In this document: piece by piece, positions 28,995-41,608 of the stretch | Position numbering within the stretch: position 1 is the first letter of the stretch | How the letters are laid out: every line of letters begins with the position of its first letter | Source of the DNA: Octopus vulgaris | Taxonomy: Eukaryota | Direction: 5' to 3' | DNA: 64,000 bases | Assembly: GCA_951406725.2 (NCBI GenBank) | Contig: OX597819.1 | Span: 84,506,001-84,570,000, forward strand | Program-made: the position numbers and the translations under genes | Notes under the pieces: generated by a model | What the model was told of the DNA's origin: nothing | What the model saw: the letters and a program-made list of their open reading frames with translations, nothing else | The model's database searches: none

Positions 28995-29347
28995 TTTGTA
29001 TTTGAATTATTTGTATTTCTCTTTTGTGGTAGAAGGTTATTTCTTTTTTGAATATCTAATCATTGTGCATTTAGATGTTTGTCTTTGAGATTAATGAATC
29101 ATTACTTTTATTAGCACTTTTAATCTTTGTGTGACTAACTTGGACAAAAAAAAAAAAAGCACCGTAAAAGAAATTAATGCCTATTTTGTGTACTTCATTA
29201 CCAATACATTACTATTTCGCCCTCATGACTCTGAATTGTGAGAGGTGAAATTGATACCTACAATCTATTCCAACTCTCAAAATCCCAACAATTTTATATA
29301 ATGAATCAATAGCATAAATATATAGCTTTATTATCATATTTTCTTAA

Positions 29348-29567
29348 CCCTTTTGTTACCATATTTCTGTTGAGATACTCTGTTTCTTTCAATTAATCTT
29401 AAATATAACAAAGAAATTCATAAAATAACTTAGTTATCCTTAAGCTAGTGTTAGGAACATAAATTGTGACTATGGTTTGGTGGAAGATTTTAATTCAGAA
29501 CTTTTGAAAACAAGACATTTATACTACAGAGCCAGAGGTGGTTTCAGCCAGGTTGGTATCAAAAAGC
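29348..29567. mobile_element. piggyBac-like TTAA MITE, second family
   Basis: TTAA|cccttttgttacca ... tggtatcaaaaagc|TTAA; partial relative begins near 20217. Confidence 0.6.
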
Positions 29568-29829
29568 TTAAAGTCATTGTGATCTCTCATTTTACTAAGA
29601 TTAATTACAAAGTAATCATAACTACCATAATAAATGCCTTATCAATTGCCTCTTAAGAGTCAAACAGCTTATAATAAATCTTTAGAAATGCCAGCTATGC
29701 CTGTCTCCAATAAGGTTTTAATTAAAGTGTTCTGAAAAATGCAAAGTTGGGCTGAATGGTAAATGGAACACAACATACACAACTACTCTGCATCTAACAT
29801 AAGCAAATATGGTATGGTAGTATAATGTT

Positions 29830-30063
29830 GATGGCAGCGAGCTGGCAGAATCTTTAACACACCGGGCGAAATGCGTAGCCGTATTTCGTCTGCCGTTACA
29901 TTCTGAGTTCAAATTCCGGCGAGGTCAACTTTGCCTTTCATCCTTTTGGGGTTGATAAATTAAGTACCAGTTATGCACTGAGGTCGATGTAATCGACTTA
30001 ATCTGTGTGTCTGTCCTTGTTTGTCCCCTCTCTGTTTAGACCCTTGCGGGTAGTAAAGAAATA
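29830..30063 (+). mobile_element. SINE family B, full-length with 14-bp TSD
   Basis: ggtagtataatgtt at 29816-29829 and 30064-30077. Confidence 0.9.
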
Positions 30064-31139
30064 GGTAGTATAATGTTAAACAAGTTTAAAAGTGATATAC
30101 CTTGTGTACTAGGTTTGTCAATCACATTTACATAGAATATAACAGGCACAGACATGGCTGTTTGGAAGAAGTTTGCTTTCCAACCACATGGTTCCAGGTT
30201 CAATGCCACTGTTTGACATCTTAGGGCAAATGTCTTCTATAACCCTAGACTAACTAAAGCCTTGTGAGTGGGTTTTGTAGACAACAACCAAAGGCAACCT
30301 GTTGTATATGTATATATCTATGTGTTTGTCATTGTGCTTGTTCCCCACCATTGCTTGACAACTAGTGCTGGTTTGTTTGTCTCCATAACATAGCAGTTGA
30401 GCAGAAGATGCCTATAGGATAAGTACCAAACTTAAACAAAAAAAAAAACGTACTGAGGTTGATTTATTCAGCTAAACCCTTTCAAGAGAGTGTCCCAGCA
30501 TGGCCACAGTCCAATGGCTGAAACAAGTAAAAGATAAAAAGTATATCGAATTATTTCAGTCTATAAAAGCTTATTAAAATATGCTTTTAAACATAAATAT
30601 TCATTCATCTGCTGTAGCTCAGCACTTTACAAATGGCTTTAGTTTCAGTAGAACAAACTAGGGTTACTTAACTACTTTAATAGCTCTTCACTTCAGTTAT
30701 ACATTCTCTAATATATACTGCTGCTCTATGATAGCTACTACAGTATCTTTGGCAATTAGTTTCTCTACCCTCTCAGTAGTAACTGTCAACTCATAAATGT
30801 AAGCTTGCAAGCAATTAACAAAAGTGATATGTCCTTAATTCATATTGTCTACCTAGTCTTGAGTAAACAATATATAACTTCAATTTGAAAACTGTTCAGC
30901 TTTTGTGGGGATTATTAAACTCTGTACAAAATATCCAGAGCAAATCACAAACACTGAAATATATCATTAAAACATTCTGCACAATATACATATCAGTTAT
31001 CAACTTGAATCACTTAGCACTCGATGCTGTTTTAAATGAAGAATTTTATTTTCTTGATGCTTTTTTCAATTTCTTTTTCTTTTTAATAAAAATTATAAGA
31101 TTAATAAATCTTGTCACTTAATGTTGAAATAAGATTCAT

Positions 31140-31224
31140 AGTTATTCATAAATTATAGTTATTCATAAATTATAGTTATTCATAAATTATAGTTATTCAT
31201 AAATTATAGTTATTCATAAATTAT
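31140..31224. repeat. 17-bp minisatellite x5 (agttattcataaattat)
   Basis: Five exact tandem units. Confidence 0.95.
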
Positions 31225-32348
31225 AATTATCTGTTTATTTATATGAATTATTAGGAATAACTCAGAAATTATTAAAGCTTGAATTCTGTTTTTCTTTTTT
31301 GTAAAAGTTCAACTTTATAATGTTTAACTGTTCAATTTACTCGTTTTTACTAATTAATGAAGCTATCTTGTTTATTAATCATGTAACCTCTTAAACTGAC
31401 TTAAACACAAGTTAAACATATAATGTTTTTTAGTTTCCTTTGCAAGATTGAAAAATTCAGCATATTAATGCAATTAGATTTAAAGATTTTTTTTTTATTT
31501 CATGAACTGCCATGCTTATGTCTGTGTGTGTGTGTGTGTGTGGGGAGGGGTGCACACCTGCATGTGCATATTTAAATGCAGGCAATTACTTTGGAATACT
31601 TGTGGCAACAATATGGTTGTGCGATTAGAAAGTTTGATTACATATTTAATCCCACTGCAGAGCAGCACCTTGGGCAAGTATCTTTTACCATAGAGTCAGA
31701 GGGACCATTGCCTTGTGGGTGAAGTTTGGTAGGAGGAAAATACCTATCATGACTACCCATCAGATAAGGGTACACCAGGCACATGCATCACAACTACGTG
31801 TATGACATGGTGAACTCATATCAAGATAAACAGTGCATGACCTTGTAGATCAGGTTCAGTTAGAATTTTCTTCAAGTTGAATAGCCCATCCCACTGAAAA
31901 GGTCCTTGACTATGATGCTCCCCCACTACTTCTGCTCATGATCAGAGATGCACATATCGTCAGCCACCAAGTGACATGCTCAACTGGTTATGGTCAAACA
32001 ACTGACAAGCAAATCTATGGTATTGAGCAGAATATTTGTTGTAGCCCATATTTTATACCAAGACAAAACATGTATATGATAACACTTCCAATCAGTTAAG
32101 ATCGGAAACCATGAGAGCCAGTACCTGGTACTGCATCAAGGCATTTATTTATTATTTATTATCATCATCATCATCATTATTATTATTATTTATGGCAACA
32201 AGCTGGCAGAATTGTTAGCAAGGCAGGCAAAATACTTAGTGACATTTCATCCATCTTTACATTCTAAGTTCAAATTCCACCAAGGTCGACTTTACTTTTC
32301 ATCCTTTTGGGGTCAATAAACCAGGATGATGATGACGACGACGATGAC

Positions 32349-32379
<31 letters not shown>

Positions 32380-33423
32380 TATTATTATTATTATTATCAT
32401 CATTTCCAGTTGGGTCTTGAAGAAATGTGAAATACTTTGTAGCCTCTGCCTGATTGGTGAGATTGATACCTTTATTGCTCCTCTTGAGCGATAGGAAGGT
32501 GACACAAGCAGAAAAGATACATTATGTTTACATTATGAAGATTTCTTTTCCTTTTCGTTTTTTTTTTGTTATGTTTTAAAAAATGTTTTGCTAAAGCCTT
32601 GCTTTATAAATTAATATTTTAAAGAAAAATTTGTAATGTTTAGACACTTAGCATTATTTTGTGGTTGTAATAGCAGCAGAAATATCAGATATGAAATATA
32701 ATGAAATGACAAAAACTTGTGGGGAAAAAAAGCAAAAATTTAATTAGTACTATGTGATACAAATTGCCTGAGCATTGAAGAAACTAATGAATAATCTCTT
32801 CTGGTTTGCATGAATATGACAATTGCCACAGAAATTTCATGTGAAATATCATGTCAGTGTTTGGTGTATTTATGGCTGAGTACTAACAAGAAAGTGAGCT
32901 GACATCTCAAAGCTTTTTAATGTTGGCTTTTATTTACTTGTTTCAGTCGTCAGACCATGGCCATACTGGGGCATCACCTTCACGGGCTTAATAGGACAAA
33001 TCAGCCATAGTACTTTTTTTTTTTTTTTGAAGTATGACATTTATTCTATTGGTCTCTTTAGCCAAACTGCTAAGTTACAGGGACGTAAACAAATCAGCAC
33101 TGATTGTTAAATGGTGATGATGGTGGTGTGGTAGTCACCAATACAATGACACACACATACATATGTGTGTGTGTGTGTGTGTATTGTAAAATAAGGATTC
33201 AGATAGAATCAGGTACTTGAAAAAATATGCACCAAGTAGGGTTTGATAAACCTATGGCTGATAAATATCAAATAGGATATTCTGGTTGTGTACACAGAGA
33301 AAAACCAACCCTATGAGTATTTAGCACCTAGGGGCTGGTTCAAAGCACACATTACATTGAGTGTACATTGTTGGTATACTCTAGGTTGTCCGACAAATTG
33401 TAAATCCCCTTGGTGTATTATAA

Positions 33424-33737
33424 TCAAATGAATGATAACAGACAATGGATAATTGTCAGCTAATTTCAGCTGTTTCTTGTGCATTTTTTTAATCGAAGAA
33501 TGAGAACATTATTTCATTACAAAAACCATAATCATCATATGAAACATAATTTCACAAACAAAATATCCTAAGAATACGGCAGTGATGTGGCTGAGGTCTG
33601 TTGAGGCTAACTAGTTATATTTCATCTGATGATTACAGTTTTTCTAATTAATAATGTTTTTATTCTTCTATTAAAAAATGCATAAGAAACAGTTGTAATG
33701 AGCTGACAACTATCCACTGTCTGTTATTATTCATTTG

Positions 33738-33738
<1 letters not shown>
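33424..33738. repeat. Imperfect inverted-repeat element (~90-nt arms) with a + strand hammerhead core at 33621-33702
   Basis: tcaaatgaatgataacagac... pairs with ...gtctgttattattcatttga; contains ttcat-CTGATGA-tta...taa-GAAA-cagttg-TA-atgag. Confidence 0.7.
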
Positions 33739-33776
<38 letters not shown>

Positions 33777-33781
<5 letters not shown>

Positions 33782-34129
33782 AGAAAACACCATCCGAGCG
33801 TGGCCATCTGCCAGCCTCGTCTGGCACCTGTGTCGGTGGCACATAAAAAACACCATCCGAGCGTGGCCGTCTGCCAGCCTCGTCTGGCACCTGTGTAGGT
33901 GGCACATAAAAAAACACCATCTGAGCGTGACCGTCTGGCACCTGTGTCGGCGGCACATAAAATCACCCACTACACTCTCGGAGTGGTTGGCGTTAGGAAG
34001 GGCATCCAGCTGTAGAAACACTGCCAGATCTGACTGGCCTGGTGCAGCCTTCGGGCTTGCCAGACCCCAGTTGAACCGTCCAACCCATGCTAGCATGGAA
34101 AGCGGATGTTAAATGATGATGATGATGAT
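33777..34129 (+). mobile_element. Same retroposon family, with internal ~63-nt tandem repeats and (GAT)n tail
   Basis: Three units of acataa...caccatccgagcgtggcc...ctggcacctgtgtcggtggc (third shortened), then the shared 3' end. Confidence 0.75.
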
Positions 34130-35963
34130 ATACATGGTAGGCTTTCACGCAGATTCTATTTACCAAATTCTATTTACAAGCTTGAGAATATTTTAGAAGA
34201 CACTTGTCCAAACCGATGTGGTTGCAAAGTGAGCTTCTTCTTAATCACACGGCCATGCCTGTTCCTTAGAACATATGACCAAAATATTGACAACATACTG
34301 GCAATTATTCTCTTACAAATTAATCTATAAGCATATTATATAATTTTCAGCACATTACTGTTTGTTTAAATGCAGATAATTACTTTGGAATACTTATGAT
34401 AACAACGTGGTTGTGTGATTAGAAAGTTTACTTTGCAATGATGTGATTTCATGTTTGATCCTACTACACAGCAGTGCCTTGGGCAAGTGTTTTTTTACCA
34501 TAGACTCAGAGGGATCAGTGTCTTGTGAATGAAATTTAGTAGGTGGAAAGTTTGTGAAAGCTTCTTGTGTGTATGTGTGTTTTACTTATTTCATTGGAGG
34601 ATGAAGCAATGCTCATAGCCTTCACAGGCCCTTGTCTCTCTGTCACACTCTTACCTTTCATCATCTGGCACAAGATTACTTCCTCCAATGCCACCACTCC
34701 ACTCTCTAAGGATCTTTGTCTTGTAGGTTACTTAGTGTCCCTGCCAGTGCTGGTGTCACATAAAAAGCATCCAGTCCACACTGCAAAGTGGTTGGCGTTT
34801 GGAAGGGCATCCAGGTATAACAAAAAAAAACATGCCAAAATTGACCTCACCTGTGCTGGTGCCACGTAAAAAGCACTCAGTCTACTCTGCAGAATGGTTG
34901 GTGTTAGGAAGGGCATAAAAACCATGCCAAAACAGAAAGCGAAGCATGGTGCAGTCTTCTGCCTAGCCAGCTCCTGTCAAACCGCCCGACCCATGCCAGC
35001 ATGGAAAGTGGACGTTAAATGATGATGATAATGATAATAACTAAGAGTTTTAGTGTAATGCCATATCACATTGTTATAGTATGATACTTTGTTCATGAAC
35101 ACACAGAATAACAGACCATCAGAATGTCTTAAAATCTATAAAGGCATGTTAACTTGTCAGTTTATGCCATTACCATCATGTGATTCATGTCGACATAGCA
35201 ATATAGTAACCAACTTTTTCTGCCAAGTAACCAAATGCACTATATACTTGTTCTTCACTTCAGCTTTATTATTATTATTATTATTATTTTAGTTTCCTTT
35301 ATCTGAAATCTTTCATCACACCTCCTGTGACCTCTTCAGCGACTCTCCATCTCACATATGTGTCTCCTTCTGTCCTGTTCAGTCCAGTCTGTCTTTCTGT
35401 AATTTCAGACAAATACACTAAAATAATAATAATAATAAAGCTGAAGTGAAGAACTACTATATAGTACATGTAGTTTTTGGCCAAAAAGAAAAAATCCCCA
35501 TCCTGAAATATAACAACATCTGTTTCAATACAAGATTTCACATCAGGAATCTTGCAAAACAAATAGATAAACATAACCTTAACACTGTTTGCACGCAGTA
35601 AATATGCATCTTTTCTCTTTTGTTTAACATGACCTACACAAGAATAGTTTGACTTTCTATTAGAGATTATGTTACTGTCTTTTAACAATAGGATATTTGA
35701 TTAAAGAAGAGCTGTAACAGATGTTCTGTCAATTAGAGACCTACTCTACTCTCCTTTTGCACTTTGTACCTACCACTTCTTGTTCTGCAAACTTTATAGT
35801 TTTGTTTGTATGATTCATGTTTTCTGAGCCAGGATGAACACTTACATGTTTCTGTGTGTGTGTGTGTGTGTGCATGCGTGCATGTGCATATGGGTGCATG
35901 TGCACATGGGTGCATGTGTGGTGCAGGCATAGCTAATAGATGAGGAAGAGGACAGCTGTAAGG

Positions 35964-36032
35964 GCTAAGTGAGAAATCTGGAAGGTGTGAAAGAAAAAGA
36001 TACTTTCACACCTTCCAGATTTCTCACTTGGC
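35964..36032. repeat. Hairpin: 27-bp perfect stem, 9-nt loop
   Basis: aagtgagaaatctggaaggtgtgaaag (35967-35993) is the exact reverse complement of 36003-36029. Confidence 0.9.
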
Positions 36033-36528
36033 TTGGCAGAAAACAAGATGTCAAGTATATCAGGAAACAAGATAAGAATAAGAATGAAGAATCAGTGTTA
36101 GGGGAAAGAGTGTAGCATACTGGTAGCGAGTTCCCCTCTCCTGTCTATAGGGAGAAGTGATAATATCTGCCCTTATCCAATATGTTAGGCTTTAACAAAC
36201 AGGATAGATGATATTTTATACAGCAGAACCGTTCCAACCTTTATCATCATGGTAAAGCGGACATTTACGATGATGAAGATACTGGCTACATTGGATTTAT
36301 GTATTGATGTGAAGTAGTAGATTCTAACTGTTACCATTTGTTTTTATCACCTCTCTATCCTTGGTTATCCTTTAAAACTAACATTGTTTGTATAGCATGC
36401 ATCAAAGTTTTATTACATTAGAAATTTTCTAAAAGATATTTTGAATCATTAACATTATAAGAAAATTTATTATATATCTGTTCTTGCTGTTTGTTTTTTG
36501 CCTTTTTTAAGAAATATGTAGATGTGAG

Positions 36529-36569
<41 letters not shown>

Positions 36570-37088
36570 AAATATTATATTCCTTACTATCAATTTACAA
36601 TTAGCATAACAAATTGTCATCCATTCTCTCATTAGTATATGTAATCAATTTATAACAAGTGAATATAAATAGTTTATAAATTATACAACGAAACTTGAAG
36701 GATCAGTTTAAAGCAAGTTATTCCTTATAAATTGGTTTGTATCATGTCTAATATATGTCCATTTTATAAATAATTCAAATAAAAGGTTAATTTCTATTCT
36801 GCTTGTATAGTTATACTTTTTTTCTTGATACATATTAAAGACAAGTTTGTATATTAAACTAAAAATAAAATATATTCTAGATACCTTACACATCTGTGAT
36901 GCTTCATCTGTCATGTACATAAACATTTTGGTTCACTTGAAAATTTTCCTGCTAGCTAGCAAGTCATCACCTATCAACTATCAGTTCTTCTGTTACTTCA
37001 ATAGTGTCTCCTCTGAGATTTCCAATTTTAGACCTTATGTCCCCACCCCATCATCACTGCTATCCTATGTATAGACAAGCCTCTACAT

Positions 37089-37427
37089 CAGTGGTTCTCA
37101 ACTGGGGTCCATATGGCCCCTGAAGATACAATATACGATTTTTGAGGATCCACGCAATAAAATAGTAAATTGGGGAGCCACAATAGTATTTTAAGGGCTC
37201 CTGAAAAAATTTTAGTTTAAATGTATTATTGGTGTGTATTGCAAGAAACAGTCAGGTTTCTTTCTCTAACATTTTTCATAATTCAACCTACACAAGTTAA
37301 TGTGTGAAAAACAAAATGGGAATTTTGAAAGAAGTTTCTATAAAACTAGTTTTTAAACATTGAATACTTATGAAGGTCCACTAGAATAAAAAAGGGGTCC
37401 ATAGATAAAAATGGTTGAGAACCCCTG
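37089..37427. mobile_element. hAT (Charlie-like) MITE
   Basis: TIRs CAGTGGTTCTCAAC / GTTGAGAACCCCTG; 8-bp TSD not recognisable. Confidence 0.7.
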
Positions 37428-38572
37428 CATGGTTGCTTATGCTATTAGAAATGTCAGCTAAATCTTCAAATTTGGAGGAATTGCTCCCTTGTCAAATGCA
37501 GACGCAGGATTAAGAAAATTCCCATCATGGCTCTTGTGGTTCCAGACTCATCTCACTACATGGCAATTTGAGAAAATACCTTCTACCATAGTCTCATATT
37601 GACCCAATCCTTATGAGTAAATTTGAATTGACAGAAATTGTGTAGAAAACTGTTTGGAGGATTGTATTTGTTTTTAGGTGCTACACTTAATTTTTTCCTA
37701 ATTTAACACAAGCACTGGTTCTTGGGTGCCATTAGCAGAGAACATTTTGATTCAAACATTCAAAGTCTCTAATTTAAGAAAAACCCACAAGTTTTACATT
37801 CCTTCGTGGGGTCAGAAATGCTGTCTTCCCTCCTGTGTAAGCCATTAAAAATGATTTTAAATGGAGTAATAAAATAGTTGACAGTAGGCAAGTAGTTGTT
37901 GAAAATAGGACTATAACTGATTTTTTATGAATTTTCCATTAGCTTTTGAAGTTTGTGGGTTTTATTACTTATTGTACTTTTACAAGTCTCAGCATACCCA
38001 GAGTAGGATAATTTGCATGTATATTTTTTTTTCACAAATAAGCAATTGAACATGAAAATTCTGTACAGTACAATAAGATTGTGATGATTTATTGAGACTT
38101 AATAATAGCAATAATAATAATGATCTTTTACATCAGACCAGTAACAAACATGACAAAAATAGACCAAATAACTGTTGATAATATGTATTGAACATATTAG
38201 TGGGTCATATTTTCAATATGACATATTTGTGTTTTTGTTCTTACCTGTGGTTCAGATCTATTGATGGTGATTGTTAGCATTCACTCAGATATTTAGATGG
38301 AAACCACTGTATAGAAATAATTTTATAGTTACCTATATGTATGCAAATTCTTGCAAACACACACACACACAGTTCCTCTGCCTGCATGTCTGTCTCACAC
38401 ATACATAGATGAAGTTAGACTTTCAGTGATTGGGACACATATAGATATTCCAGTTAATAATTAAACAATCATATATCTATAAATATCATATTTTCTTGCT
38501 CATCATGTGATTCTCTTTCACACATTCGAACCTTAGTTTTTCCTCTTTTTTCTTTCTTTTTTTCTCCACCAG

Positions 38573-38718
38573 ATTTATGATGCTAGTGATTTCACATTGT
38601 TGTGTTCAGAATCCAATCGAAATGGAGAGCATTGGGTTGGTGGTGATTTCATATCTGTTGATAGGGTAGTTGTCTGGAATAATGAAGGGAAAGGCTACCT
38701 GTATAAGCTCCCTACCAA
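38573..38718 (+). CDS. WDR7: WDR7 coding exon 7 (last conserved exon found; gene incomplete in window)
   Basis: Long pyrimidine tract, ccaccag|IYDASDFTLLCSESNRNGEHWVGGDFISVDRVVVWNNEGKGYLYKLPT+AA|gtaagt; 146 nt, ends phase 2; matches VFDAGDYSLLCS...WTGGDF...YIYKLPA. Confidence 0.95.
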
Positions 38719-38872
38719 GTAAGTAGAGATTCTATTTGATTATATTCTGTGTTCCAACTTGTTTTTCTTCATGTAATTCATCTTCTCTTTGGCATCAGTT
38801 GAAGACATTGCAGCATCAGTTCATACTATGATGATTTACTTTTGTATTTAATAACTGTAATTCTTTACTTTC

Positions 38873-38917
<45 letters not shown>

Positions 38918-40078
38918 TTAATTCATTGATTTGGTAGATTGCTAACAGCATGACTAAAACTTTAAATCTTCTGTCACTTATGGTGTCACTGAATAACATA
39001 TAAATCCATTTTGCATTATTAATAAAAATCCCTCTTTCTCTCTCTTGCTTCACAGTTGTCAGAAGCATAATGAGTAATAAAAACAATTACTCTTATTAAA
39101 AAGACACCCCTAACCCATGCTACCATGCAAAAACTTAGCATAAAGATGTAGTAGATGTATGACATTGATTTCCTTGGAGCAGTTTCAATTTTTGTAGGGG
39201 AGAGGTATTAATTGATGGAACTGACCATAATATGTTAGCGGTATTGAAATTATTATGGAAAATCATTTTTCTTTCTAATAATTACATTGAGAAGCTATGG
39301 AAAATAGGAATCTGCTGGCACAGTTTACTTTCTGATCAATCCTGATCAAATGATCTCTGGTCAGTCCTAGTCAAAGGCATACTAAATGATTTTTTTTTTA
39401 CTGATATGCAGTTTTTATTCGACTATTTTATCCAAATTCAATCTTACAATTGCCTTTTCTATTTCACATAATTATTTTTAGTGCACCACAGCTGGCCTAG
39501 CCTAGATTGCATGACTAAATGTATTAAAATATGTAACTTTTACAATATACTTTGGTGTCAAGAAGAGAATTCAACCATAGGACCATGCCAAAATTGAGAC
39601 ATTTTACTCAAGATGTGGTCCTTAACCCGTCTAGGAGGATTGTGACTTCAATAAGGACTCACTGAGATCTTGTCAAATTATCCAAACTGTGCCATTGTGG
39701 AAAGAGGATGTAAAATATTCATGATGATGTTGATGAGGATACATTAAAAAGAAATATAATTTTAAAATGTAAAACAGTGAGGGAAAGATGGAGGGGAAGA
39801 AATAGTTTTAAATATTATTTTTAAAAAATTAAGAACATGCTATTATATTTAATCTATATTATATAAACGTAATATCTAATATTTTCATACAAAATAAAAT
39901 AAGTTTAAGGATTGTGCTTTTCATATTTCCTAAGTTTATAAAGTAAATACCAACTAATGATATATTGGAACTAATCTATATAATGATATCTGTCTTGATA
40001 GATTAGATAAATAAATAATTATTACGGAGATGTACTTGCATAGCAAGTGACCTGATCTGAGATTATGTGCTGGAACGA

Positions 40079-40368
40079 AAACAATTGCTGTGTGGAAGGT
40101 ATTTATAAGCCATTTAAGAAACACACAAAACCGTTAGATTCACTTCAACATTTAAATTTAATTTGTCAAAATATTTTCATCGCTTTGAGACCACGACCTG
40201 TTCACTGACAAAATTCTGTACTGCAGCATGGAATTTTGTCAGTGAACAGGTTGTGGTCTCAAAGCGATGAAAATATTTTGACAAATTAAATTTAAATGTT
40301 GAAGTGAATCTAACGGTTTTGTGTGTTTCTTAAATGGCTTATAAACACCTTCCACGCTGCAATTGTTT
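40079..40368. repeat. 290-bp near-perfect palindrome containing a variant hammerhead-like motif in each arm
   Basis: 145-nt arms centred on ctg|cag (40223/40224), about 7 substitutions, no loop. Confidence 0.9.
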
Positions 40369-41572
40369 GTTTAAATAATTATTGTTTTCCAAGAAATGAT
40401 GACTTTTCTTAATTATAATTTTTTTAGTAATTTGAAGAGAAAGAATGTTTCTAAAGAAAAAGAAATAAAAATGTATTGTAAAAATTTATTCCATTATATA
40501 TTTTATATACTGATAACACTGATTTGAAGATTTGTATCACACTTTCTGTTTACAAATCAACATAGTAAAAAAATAAATCAGAAATAATGTTGAGGAAACA
40601 AAATTTAGATTATCTAGCTTAAGTTTCTGGAAACAACAGTACAAAAGCCATGTGATGAAAAATAAATTTACATACATACATATCTAGCTAACTTTAGCAT
40701 GTTGACAGTAGAATTAATTATATAGGTCTGTAGTGCAAGCACTTAACACAATACACGTTAATTCTTGATTTGGCTGACATAATAATGTTGAACAAAATTG
40801 ACAGTTAAACATAGAAATAACTAATATAACCATTTTCTGAGAATCTCTGAAGATCCTGATTTAATATTTGTTAATTATTTATTTATTTTCTACAGTGTTT
40901 GCATTACATATTCCAATGTTTATTGGGTGATATTTCTCTTAATGCTGCTAATGTTTTGCTTTTTTTTTAACCTCTGTTTCAACTTAAATGTAATATTTTA
41001 TTTCATTTTCTTTTTTTTTTTTGTTATTGACGGAAACATATGTATTATTTATGATAACTTTGGCCAGAATTTATTATTCAACAATTGGTTGTAAAGGAAA
41101 ACAAATTTGACAATTGTTAACAGTATACAGTTTTATGTTTTTTTGTTCACATCCTTTCTTAGTGTTTGTTAACAATGATCTAACTTGCATTTTTACATTG
41201 TTTCTTATTTGCAATACTTGTTGAAAGGACTTCCTTGGTTTTGTTTTAAAAGGAAGTTTGGTTCATTATTTCAATATACTTTATGGAAGTCTTTCAACTA
41301 ATTCTTTATAAACTAAGATTCCAGCTGTTCCTGGATCTACACATATATCACCAAGGAAGGTTTAAAAAAAAAAGAAGAAAAAATGAGAAAAGAATTTTCA
41401 CAAAAAGGGAAATAAATAAAAGAAATGTTTTTGAAATTAAACTAATGAAAGCAAGACTATTGAATATTTAGATTCTCCAAAAGAACTGGAAAAATTGTCA
41501 TAAAAAAATGCATCTTACCTCCCAAAGAAAGTGGGGGACAGCTTAAATATGAATGCCAAAGTAGGTAAAAAG

Positions 41573-41608
<36 letters not shown>

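Noticed and set aside
33777-33960. ~63-nt tandem units superficially like a CRISPR array
   Set aside because: No unique spacers; part of a retroposon in a eukaryotic intron.
40896-40926. Good acceptor (ttttctacag) with possible donor gtgata
   Set aside because: 31 nt, not frame-preserving, weak donor, no WDR7 similarity.
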